Source: an uncultured Gemmatimonadaceae bacterium (GTDB taxonomy: Bacteria; Gemmatimonadota; Gemmatimonadetes; Gemmatimonadales; GWC2-71-9). From it: a DNA stretch of 64,000 nucleotides. A program made the translations under genes and the position numbers. The notes under the pieces are model-generated. The model saw only the letters and a list, made by a program, of their open reading frames with translations, ran no database searches and was not told where the DNA came from. This document shows, piece after piece, positions 21,661 through 30,158 of the stretch (within the stretch, counting starts at the first letter, position 1; each line of letters opens with the position of its first letter). The stretch lies in NCBI GenBank assembly GCA_964571795.1, contig CAZNDK010000002.1:47466-111465 (forward strand). The letters are read 5' to 3'.

Positions 21661-22925
21661 CCGTGTCGACCGCCACGACCTCCCCCCCTCCCCGCGTCCC
21701 CGCCTCCGGGCTGGACGTCCAGGCCATCCGCGCCGACTTCCCGATCCTGGCCACCAAGGTCGGCGGGAAGCCGCTGGTCTACCTCGACAACGCGGCCACG
21801 GCGCAGAAGCCGCTGGTCGTCATCGAGACGGTGCGGCGCTTCCTGGCGGAGGAAAACGCCAACATCCACCGTGGGGTGCACTACCTGAGCGAGCGCGCCA
21901 CGCTGGCGTTCGACGCGGTGCGGGAGGAAGGGCGCGCGTTCCTGAACGCGCCGGCCGCCCACGAGGTCATCTTCGTGCGCGGCACGACCGAGGGCATCAA
22001 CCTCGTGGCCCAGAGCTACGGCCGGACCACGCTCCGCCCCGGCGACGAAATCCTGCTCACCACGATGGAGCACCACAGCAACATCGTGCCCTGGCAGCTG
22101 GTGGCCGGGCAGACCGGCGCCGTGGTTCGGGCCATTCCGATCACCGACGCGGGCGAGGTGGACCTCGACGCCTACCGCCGGATGCTCGGGCCCCGGACCC
22201 GCATCGTTGGCGTGGTCCACATTTCCAACGCCCTCGGCACTATCAATCCCGTCGCCGAAATGACCCGGATGGCCCACGAGGTGGGCGCGGTCGTGCTGGT
22301 GGACGGCGCCCAGGCCGCGCCACACACGCCGATCGACGTCCAGGCGCTCGGGTGCGACTTCTACGCCTGCTCCGGCCACAAGATGTTCGGCCCCACCGGG
22401 GTCGGCATGCTCTGGGGCCGCACCGCACTGCTCGACGCGATGCCGCCCTGGCAGGGCGGCGGCGACATGATCCACACCGTGAGCTTTGCGGGCACCACCT
22501 TCGCCCCGCTGCCCGCCAAGTTCGAGGCGGGCACGCCGGCCATCGCCGAGGTCATCGGGTTGGGCGCCGCCATCGGCTACATCCGAAGTGTCGGCCTCGC
22601 GGCCATCGGCGCCTGGGAGCACGAACTCCTGGCCTACGCCACCGAGCGGGTGCAGGCGGTCCCCGGCGTCCGGCTGGTCGGCACCGCGCGGGACAAGGCG
22701 GGCGTGCTCGCCTTCACGCTCGAAGGGGTGCACCCGCACGACCTGGGCACCATCCTGGACGCCGACGGCGTGGCCATCCGGGCGGGGCACCACTGCGCCC
22801 AGCCGGTCATGGAGCGCTTCGGGGTCAACGCCACGGCGCGGGCGTCGTTCGCCTTTTACAACACCCTCGAAGAGGTGGACGTGCTGGTGCGCGGCCTCCA
22901 TCGGGCCCGGGAGGTCTTCGCGTGA
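21657..22925 (+). CDS. sufS: cysteine desulfurase SufS
   Basis: HHSNIVPWQ, PLP-lysine SGHKMFGPTGVG, active-site RAGHHCAQP. TTG at 21657 overlaps the sufD stop; GTG at 21663 is an alternative start. Confidence 0.95.
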   Translation: MTVSTATTSPPPRVPASGLDVQAIRADFPILATKVGGKPLVYLDNAATAQKPLVVIETVRRFLAEENANIHRGVHYLSERATLAFDAVREEGRAFLNAPAAHEVIFVRGTTEGINLVAQSYGRTTLRPGDEILLTTMEHHSNIVPWQLVAGQTGAVVRAIPITDAGEVDLDAYRRMLGPRTRIVGVVHISNALGTINPVAEMTRMAHEVGAVVLVDGAQAAPHTPIDVQALGCDFYACSGHKMFGPTGVGMLWGRTALLDAMPPWQGGGDMIHTVSFAGTTFAPLPAKFEAGTPAIAEVIGLGAAIGYIRSVGLAAIGAWEHELLAYATERVQAVPGVRLVGTARDKAGVLAFTLEGVHPHDLGTILDADGVAIRAGHHCAQPVMERFGVNATARASFAFYNTLEEVDVLVRGLHRAREVFA

Positions 22926-23377
22926 GCCGCGACCTGGACGAGCTCTACCAGAGCGTCATTCTCGACCACAACAAGACGCCCCGGAACTTCCACGAGCTGC
23001 CGCCGCCGGCCCGGCACGCCGACGGCCACAACCCGTTGTGCGGCGACCGGCTGACCGTCTGGGTGGACGTGGACAACGATACCGTGCGCGAGGTGGCCTT
23101 CCTCGGCAACGGCTGCGCCATCTCGAAGGCCTCTGCCTCCCTGATGACCGCCGCGGTCAAGGGGAAGTCCCGCGCCGAGGCCATGGCGCTGGCCGACGAA
23201 TTCCAGAAGCTGGTCACCGGCCGCCTGGAGGGCGCCGCGGAGCGGAAGGCGCTGGGCAAGCTCCAGGCGCTGGCCGGCGTGTCCGAGTACCCGGTGCGCG
23301 TGAAGTGCGCGAGCCTCGCGTGGCACACCCTGAAGGCGGCGCTCGCGGGCGCCCCCGAACCGATCTCGACCGAGTGA
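22922..23377 (+). CDS. sufU: SufU/IscU-like sulfur acceptor
   Basis: NPLCGD, GNGCAISKAS and VKCASLAW ligand motifs. GTG overlaps the sufS stop (GTGA). Confidence 0.9.
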   Translation: MSRDLDELYQSVILDHNKTPRNFHELPPPARHADGHNPLCGDRLTVWVDVDNDTVREVAFLGNGCAISKASASLMTAAVKGKSRAEAMALADEFQKLVTGRLEGAAERKALGKLQALAGVSEYPVRVKCASLAWHTLKAALAGAPEPISTE

Positions 23378-23424
23378 CCTGACCGGGCCGGCCCCCCCGG
23401 CCCTGAACCCTGGAGAGCGATACG

Positions 23425-23859
23425 ATGCCGTACCCAGAGTCGTTGGTGGCCCCGATGCGGGCGGAGATGGTCCAGATGGGAGCTGCCGAGCTCCGGACGG
23501 TGGCTGAGGTGGACGCCGCCATCGGGAGCAGCACGGGCACCACCCTGGTGTTCGTGAATTCCGTCTGCGGCTGCGCCGCGGGCAATGCCCGGCCGGCCAT
23601 GAAGATGGCGCTGGGGCACGGCGTCCTGCCCGACCGGACGGTCACCGTGTTCGCGGGGCAGGATCTCGACGCGGTGGCCCGGGCCCGGAGCTATTTCGGG
23701 GAGTACCAGCCGAGTTCACCGTCGATCGCGCTGCTCCGCGAAGGCGAGGTCGTGCACTTCGTCCACCGCCACCAGATCGAGGGCCGGAGCCCGCAGGCCA
23801 TCGCCGCCGACCTGACCAAGGCGTTCGACACCCACTGCCGCGACTCCGTCCGCGCGTGA
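23425..23859 (+). CDS. bacilliredoxin-like protein (YphP/YqiW, DUF1094 family)
   Basis: VFVNSVCGCAAGNARP with the CGC redox motif. Family-typical length of 144 aa. GGAGA SD. Confidence 0.8.
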   Translation: MPYPESLVAPMRAEMVQMGAAELRTVAEVDAAIGSSTGTTLVFVNSVCGCAAGNARPAMKMALGHGVLPDRTVTVFAGQDLDAVARARSYFGEYQPSSPSIALLREGEVVHFVHRHQIEGRSPQAIAADLTKAFDTHCRDSVRA

Positions 23860-24137
23860 GCGGGCACGTCTTTCATCCCGGGCACCACGAGCTCCACGGC
23901 GTGACCGTGGTGCTCGACACCGCCGGGGCGCTCTGGGTGGGCCGGTTCGACTCCGTGACCCCGAAGGGGGTGCTGCTGCACGACGCGGGGTGCTTCCAGG
24001 ACGGCGTGACGGAGGGGACCCGCGAGGACTACCTCCGCAAGACGCTCAAGTTCGGGGTGCGGGCCACGCAAAAGAACGCGCTCATCCCGGAGGGGGAGGT
24101 GCGGGGGATACGGCAGCTGGCGGAGGTCGTGGGGTAG
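23856..24137 (+). CDS. small hypothetical protein with His-rich N-terminus
   Basis: GTG overlaps the upstream stop (GTGA). MSGHVFHPGHHELHG. Last gene of the suf cluster before the hairpin/T6 terminator. Confidence 0.5.
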   Translation: MSGHVFHPGHHELHGVTVVLDTAGALWVGRFDSVTPKGVLLHDAGCFQDGVTEGTREDYLRKTLKFGVRATQKNALIPEGEVRGIRQLAEVVG

Positions 24138-24151
24138 GAGCGGCCAGGGGC

Positions 24152-24225
24152 GAGGACTGAGGACTGAGGACTGAGGGCTGGCGACCGGGCACATGCCCTC
24201 AGTCCTCAGTCCTCAGTCCTTTTTT
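24152..24225 (+). terminator. (GAGGACT)3 perfect hairpin plus T6: GGACT-heptad element acting as an intrinsic terminator
   Basis: 24153-24178 pairs perfectly (26 bp) with 24195-24220. 16-nt loop. TTTTTT at 24220-24225. The last T is the first base of the convergent ferredoxin stop codon. Confidence 0.8.
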
Positions 24226-24440
24226 CAGGGCCAGACCTGGTCGCCGTGTTCGTCGATGAGGGTTATGGCGTCTACAGGACAGGCGCGGGCGGCGTCCAGG
24301 ACCAGTTCGTCCTCCGCCCCCTCCGGATCGACCACGACCGAGATGTCCTCGGAGTCGTGGGCAAAGACGTCGGGCGCGAGGCCGACGCAGTCGCCATAAC
24401 CCCGGCAAAGCGTCCGGTCGATCTTGATGGTGTACGGCAT
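24225..24440 (-). CDS. small single-cluster ferredoxin
   Basis: 71 aa from MPYTIKIDRTLCRGYGDCV...ACPVDAI. The track ORF starts at an upstream TTG. Confidence 0.8.
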   Translation of the reverse strand: MPYTIKIDRTLCRGYGDCVGLAPDVFAHDSEDISVVVDPEGAEDELVLDAARACPVDAITLIDEHGDQVWP

Positions 24441-24668
24441 AGGGCGAACATACAAAGCCGGTTTTCATCCTGCCAGAGGGGCGGCTCCCCTCGACCCGGT
24501 ACGTTGGCTCCCGGGTGTTTGAGGGCAGGATGGGGGTCGGGGGTAGGGTGGCCTCTCTCACCGTGTCCGGGGCATCGGAGGCGGTCTCTCTTGCCATCCT
24601 GCTCTCGACCTCCTCTTTTTCCTGCCTCGTCGGTGCCCGTTCGCCCCCTCCACCCAGGCCCGCCCCCG

Positions 24669-25625
24669 ATGTCCGACATCGTCATTGCGGTAGATCGCGT
24701 CACCAAGCGGTTCGCCGGCCACACGGCCGTGCGCGCCCTGTCGCTCCAGGTGCCCTCCGGCGGCGTGTTCGGCCTGCTCGGCCCCAACGGCGCCGGCAAG
24801 TCCACCACCATCCGGATGATCATGCACATCCTGGAACCGGATGAAGGGCAGGTCACGCTCTTCGGGGGCCCGGGCACCGGGCGCGACCTCTCCGCGCGGA
24901 TCGGGTTCCTGCCGGAGGAGCGCGGGCTCTATCCGCGGATGGAGGTGCTCGAGCAGCTGATCTTCCTCGGCGAAGCCAAGGGACTCCGGCGGAAGGACGC
25001 CCGAGTGCGCGCCCTCCGCTGGCTGGACCGGCTCGGCCTCGGCGACTGGGGACGGAAGAAGGTCCAGGAGCTTTCCAAGGGAATGCAGCAGAAGGCGCAG
25101 TTCATCGGCACCCTGCTCCACGACCCCGAGCTCGTGCTGCTCGATGAGCCGTTCAGCGGGCTCGATCCGGTCAACCTCCAGGTCATGAAGGACGTGGTGG
25201 TCGAGATTGCCCGGTCGGGGCGGACGGTGCTCTTCTCGACTCACATTATGGAGCAGGCGGAGCGCATGTGCGACCGCATCGCCATCATCGCGCGGGGGGA
25301 AAAGGTGGTCGACGGCCGGCTGGTGGACGTCAAGGCCGAGGGAGGGCGCCGGCACGTCTTTCTCGGCTTCGACCACGATGCCGGCCTGGCGGGCTCGGTC
25401 TTCGCCGACCGGAGCCTCGTGGCCCGGGTGGACGACTCCGGCGCCACTGCGGAGGTGGAGCTGGCGATCGGGGCGCATTCCGACCGGTTGCTGCGCGCCC
25501 TCATCGACGCCGGCGTCGGCCTGAGCCGGTTCGAAGTCGCCGAGCCGTCGCTGCAGTCCATCTTCCTGGCCAAGGTGGGTGCGGATGCCGCGGTGGCCGT
25601 CGCGCGGGAGGACCGCCATGCATAA
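24669..25625 (+). CDS. ABC-2 type transporter ATP-binding protein (NatA-like)
   Basis: Walker A GPNGAGKST, signature LSKGMQQK, Walker B LVLLDEPFSGLD. ATG at 24669 (MSDIVIAVDRVTKRF). Confidence 0.9.
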   Translation: MSDIVIAVDRVTKRFAGHTAVRALSLQVPSGGVFGLLGPNGAGKSTTIRMIMHILEPDEGQVTLFGGPGTGRDLSARIGFLPEERGLYPRMEVLEQLIFLGEAKGLRRKDARVRALRWLDRLGLGDWGRKKVQELSKGMQQKAQFIGTLLHDPELVLLDEPFSGLDPVNLQVMKDVVVEIARSGRTVLFSTHIMEQAERMCDRIAIIARGEKVVDGRLVDVKAEGGRRHVFLGFDHDAGLAGSVFADRSLVARVDDSGATAEVELAIGAHSDRLLRALIDAGVGLSRFEVAEPSLQSIFLAKVGADAAVAVAREDRHA

Positions 25626-26931
25626 GCTCTTCGCGGTCATCCGGCGGGAATTCATGGTGCGGGTCCACACCCGCGCCTTCGTGATCAGCACCATCCTGGG
25701 CCCCGTGCTGATGGGGTTCCTGTTTGTCTTCCCGATGCTGCTGGAGTCGCGCGACCGGGCGCCCAAGCGCGTGGTGGTGCTCGACGCGGCGAGTGGCGAA
25801 TTCGGCGTCCGGGTGACCGACGCCCTCGCCGCCTCCCGGCGGGGCGACGGCCCCGACGCCGCGCCGCGCTATGAGGTGATGCGGGTCCAGTCCGGGGTCG
25901 GCAACCTGGGGCCGCTGGACTCGCTCATCGCCCTCACCGGGGCCAAGCGGGAGGTGCCCGGGGCCATCGTGGGGCTGGTGCTGGTGACCGACTCCGTCAT
26001 CGACACCGGGCGGCTGCATTACTTCGGCAGCAACGTCGGCAGCCTGTCGGAAATGGGCGACCTGCAGCGCACCATCCGGCAGGTGGTCATCGCGGAGCGG
26101 CTCGGGCGCGAGGGCGTGGATCCGTCGGTACTGGCGCGGGCCACCGCCCCGGTGTCACTGGAAACGTCCCGCGTGAGCAACGGCCAGTTGAGCGGAGAGA
26201 GCGGGGAGTCGTCGTTCATCCTCGCCTATGTGATGTCGTTCCTGCTGTACATCGCGCTCCTTCTCTATGGCACGCAAGTCATGGGCTCGGTCGTGGAGGA
26301 AAAGAGCAACCGGATCATGGAGGTGCTGGTTTCCAGCCTCAGCCCCTTCGAGCTGATGTTCGGCAAGGTAGTCGGCGTCGGGTCGGTGGCCCTGCTGCAG
26401 CTCGGCATTTGGACCGGGTCGGCCAAGCTGCTCACCTCCCAGCGGGCCGCCATCGCCGGACTGCTCGGGGCGTCGCCGTCGGAGGCCGTGAGCATGCCGA
26501 TCCCCGCCATCAGCGGGACGCTCCTGGCGGTGTACCTCACCTTTTTCGTGCTGGGGTTCTTCCTCTACTCCGCGGCGTACGCCGCGGTGGCGGCCACCGT
26601 CAGCACGCAGCAGGAGGCGCAGCAGGCGGCCATGCCGGTCAGTCTCTGCATCGTGGCGGGGCTCATGCTCATGTTCGGGCTGCTCGATGAGCCGAATGGC
26701 ACGCTCGCCCGCACCATGAGCATGATTCCGCTCTTTGCACCCTTCGTCACGCCGGTCCGCTACTCGCTCAGCCCACTGCCGCTCTCGGAGGTCCTCGCCT
26801 CGGCCGGCGTCACCGCGCTCGGTGTCGTGGCCGTCGCGTGGGTCGCCGGCCGGATCTACCGCGTGGGCATCCTGATGTACGGCAAGCGCGCGTCGATTGC
26901 AGAGATCTTCCGCTGGATTCGCACCGGGTAG
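25618..26931 (+). CDS. ABC-2 type transporter permease (NatB-like)
   Basis: ATG at 25618 overlaps the end of the ATPase gene. N-terminal TM, a large extracytoplasmic loop, then a C-terminal multi-TM block. Confidence 0.8.
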   Translation: MHKLFAVIRREFMVRVHTRAFVISTILGPVLMGFLFVFPMLLESRDRAPKRVVVLDAASGEFGVRVTDALAASRRGDGPDAAPRYEVMRVQSGVGNLGPLDSLIALTGAKREVPGAIVGLVLVTDSVIDTGRLHYFGSNVGSLSEMGDLQRTIRQVVIAERLGREGVDPSVLARATAPVSLETSRVSNGQLSGESGESSFILAYVMSFLLYIALLLYGTQVMGSVVEEKSNRIMEVLVSSLSPFELMFGKVVGVGSVALLQLGIWTGSAKLLTSQRAAIAGLLGASPSEAVSMPIPAISGTLLAVYLTFFVLGFFLYSAAYAAVAATVSTQQEAQQAAMPVSLCIVAGLMLMFGLLDEPNGTLARTMSMIPLFAPFVTPVRYSLSPLPLSEVLASAGVTALGVVAVAWVAGRIYRVGILMYGKRASIAEIFRWIRTG

Positions 26932-27255
26932 TCTGGCACTTGCTTCCGTAGGGTCCGGTCAGCCTCCTCGGGTTGGTCCTCCGGGCCTGCAGTTCTCGCG
27001 CCCTCCGCGCCACGGTCGCTCCGGGGGACTCGAACTGACGGCCCTCCGGACCAATCCCTTCGTCGGCCGACCGCCAATGATCGATGCGATCGCGCCCCGA
27101 AGACCGGACTGCTCCGGAGGCACGTGAGTTCACGGGTTGCCTCTGTGCGGGATCCGTACGCCAGGTGTGAACTCCAGTGCCGGAGGAGCAGGCTGGTCGA
27201 GGGGCGCGGGAACGGAACTGCGTAGCGGCGCGAGCCATCCTTCTATCTTCCTTCC

Positions 27256-29115
27256 ATGCGATACGATGTCATCGTCATCGGCGGCGGCCATGCGGGCGCC
27301 GAGGCCGCGGCCCTCGCGGAGCGCGCGGGCGCCCGTACGCTGCTGCTCACGCAGAATCTCGAGACGATCGGCCAGATGTCCTGCAACCCCGCCATCGGCG
27401 GGATCGCGAAGGGCACGGTGGTGCGCGAGGTGGATGCGCTGGGCGGGGTCATGGGCCGGGCCACCGACCTGGCGCGTATCCAGTTCCGGATGCTCAATCG
27501 CTCCAAGGGGCCCGCGGTCTGGTCTCCACGGGCGCAGTGCGATCGTGCGCTGTACCGGCGCGCGGTGCGCCAGCTGCTCGAGGCCCGGCCCAATCTCCGG
27601 TTCGCGCAGGGCACGGCCGATTCCTTCCTGATGCGGGGCGGAAGGGTGGCGGGGGTCGTGACGAAGGAGGGGCTCACCTTCGAGGCACGCGCGGTGGTCC
27701 TCACCGCCGGCACCTTCCTTCGGGGAGCGATCCACCTCGGCCTGGACGCCCAGGTGCCGGCCGGTCGGGCCGGCGAGGCTCCATCGGTAGCGATCTCGGA
27801 AGCTATTGTGCAGCATGGTATTACACGAGAACGCTTCAAGACGGGCACCCCACCGAGGATTGACGGACGGAGCGTCGACCTTGAGCGACTGACGCGACAG
27901 GATGGCGACGGTGTGCCGTACTGGTTCAGTCAGTTCCATCGGGAGGAGCATCCGGCTCAATTGCCCTGCTACCTCACCTGGGCCGGCGCCGAAGTGAAGG
28001 AGATCATCCAGCGCCACCTCCTAGAGTCGGCGCTCTATGGCGGGGCGATCAGCGGACGGGGTCCGCGTTATTGCCCCTCGGTCGAGGACAAGGTCGTCCG
28101 GTTTCCCGATGCGGTTCGCCACCAGGTGTTCCTCGAGCCCGAGGGACTTGGCACCTCCGAGATGTACGTCAACGGGCTCTCGACGTCGCTTCCAGCAGCG
28201 GTTCAGCTGGCTTTTCTCAGGGCCGTGCCCGGGCTGGAGCGGGTCGAGATGACCCGCGCAGGCTACGCCATCGAGTACGACTACTTCCCTCCGACACAGC
28301 TCCATCCGACGCTGGAATCCCGCGCGTTGCCCGGGCTCTACTTCGCGGGGCAGGTGAACGGGACCACGGGCTACGAGGAAGCGGCCGGCCAGGGCGCGAT
28401 CGCTGGGTTGAACGCCGCGCTCGCCTGCAGGGATGAGGAACAGGTCGTGCTCTCCCGGAATGAAGCGATGATCGGTGTGCTGGTGGACGACCTGGTGCAC
28501 CGGGGGGTGGACGAGCCGTATCGGCTCTTCACCTCGCGGGCCGAATTCCGGATCCTCCTCAGGCAGGACAACGCCCTCAGGCGGATGTACCCCCTCGCAC
28601 GCCGGCTCGGACTCCTCTCCGAAGCCGAACTTCGAACCGCGGAGAGCCGATTCGAGGCGGAGGACCGTTCGGCCCGCGCGGCCGCTGAGACGACGATCGC
28701 CCCGGTGCTCGCCAATCCGATTCTCGAGGCCGCCGGAGAAACGGGCATCCAGGAGCCGGCCCGGGTGCGGGAGCTCTGCCGCCGCCCCGGGGTTGGACTC
28801 GGTACGCTGCTCTCGGCGGCCGGAATGGAGCTTGAGGCCGGGTCCGCGGAATGGGCGGATATCGAGATCAAGTACGAGGGCTATCTCGAGAAGGAGCGGG
28901 CCGCCGCCGGCCGCCTGGCGGAGCTGGACACGATGGACCTGCCGCCGGAGCTGGAGTACCACTCGATCCTCACGCTCTCGTGGGAGGCTCGCGAGAAGCT
29001 CTCCCTCGTCCAGCCAGCGTCCCTTGGGCAGGCGGGCCGAGTCCCCGGAGTCTCGCCGGCCGACCTCCAGAACCTGGCGTTCGAGGTTCTGCGCCGCCGT
29101 GCCCGTTTCACGTGA
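27256..29115 (+). CDS. mnmG: tRNA uridine 5-carboxymethylaminomethyl modification enzyme MnmG (GidA)
   Basis: FAD motif YDVIVIGGGHAGAEAA, GQVNGTTGYEEAAGQG. 619 aa. Confidence 0.95.
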   Translation: MRYDVIVIGGGHAGAEAAALAERAGARTLLLTQNLETIGQMSCNPAIGGIAKGTVVREVDALGGVMGRATDLARIQFRMLNRSKGPAVWSPRAQCDRALYRRAVRQLLEARPNLRFAQGTADSFLMRGGRVAGVVTKEGLTFEARAVVLTAGTFLRGAIHLGLDAQVPAGRAGEAPSVAISEAIVQHGITRERFKTGTPPRIDGRSVDLERLTRQDGDGVPYWFSQFHREEHPAQLPCYLTWAGAEVKEIIQRHLLESALYGGAISGRGPRYCPSVEDKVVRFPDAVRHQVFLEPEGLGTSEMYVNGLSTSLPAAVQLAFLRAVPGLERVEMTRAGYAIEYDYFPPTQLHPTLESRALPGLYFAGQVNGTTGYEEAAGQGAIAGLNAALACRDEEQVVLSRNEAMIGVLVDDLVHRGVDEPYRLFTSRAEFRILLRQDNALRRMYPLARRLGLLSEAELRTAESRFEAEDRSARAAAETTIAPVLANPILEAAGETGIQEPARVRELCRRPGVGLGTLLSAAGMELEAGSAEWADIEIKYEGYLEKERAAAGRLAELDTMDLPPELEYHSILTLSWEAREKLSLVQPASLGQAGRVPGVSPADLQNLAFEVLRRRARFT

Positions 29116-29119
29116 AACG
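29104..29119. promoter_or_regulatory. parS site 1 (CGTTTCACGTGAAACG)
   Basis: Perfect 16-bp palindrome matching the parS consensus tGTTNCACGTGAAACa except at the outer bases. Overlaps the mnmG stop codon. Confidence 0.85.
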
Positions 29120-29136
29120 GAGTCGAATCCGGCGAT

Positions 29137-29152
29137 TGTTTCACGTGAAACA
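29137..29152. promoter_or_regulatory. parS site 2 (TGTTTCACGTGAAACA)
   Basis: Perfect 16-bp palindrome, a full match to the parS consensus. Centre lies 33 bp from site 1. Confidence 0.9.
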
Positions 29153-29363
29153 ACAATTCAGCGACGCGGCCGCCAAGGATTACTTTTTTGCTATTTAAAT
29201 ATAACTTATTGTAAGACATAATTTTACGACTGATAGTTGCCGTGCTCGAGACTGTGGGCTCGTCGGCGCAGGTGCTCCGCGTCCTCGCCCCACGCCCCGC
29301 CTCCCCCTATATTGCGCTCCTCCCTACCCTTTCCGTCTTCGACCCCAGGCGCACACCCCGGAC

Positions 29364-30154
<791 letters not shown>

Positions 30155-30158
<4 letters not shown>

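Noticed and set aside
27014-27035. tRNA-like 3' end on the minus strand (GTTCGAGTCCCCCGGAGCGACC: T-loop TTCGAGT, then a 5-nt stem half, then a 7-nt acceptor half)
   Set aside because: The sequence 5' of the T-loop (GTCAG) cannot pair with CCCCC. No D-arm, anticodon arm or matching 5' acceptor strand is present. At most it is a decayed tRNA 3' fragment, which cannot be shown from this window.
29116-29363. Possible oriC between mnmG and parA (origin-proximal gene set, AT-rich tract, parS sites)
   Set aside because: I could not find DnaA-box-like 9-mers (TTATCCACA or TTGTCCACA variants) here or in 26932-27255. No dnaA or dnaN gene is in the window, and GC skew cannot be evaluated by eye. It is kept only as an AT-rich-tract finding.
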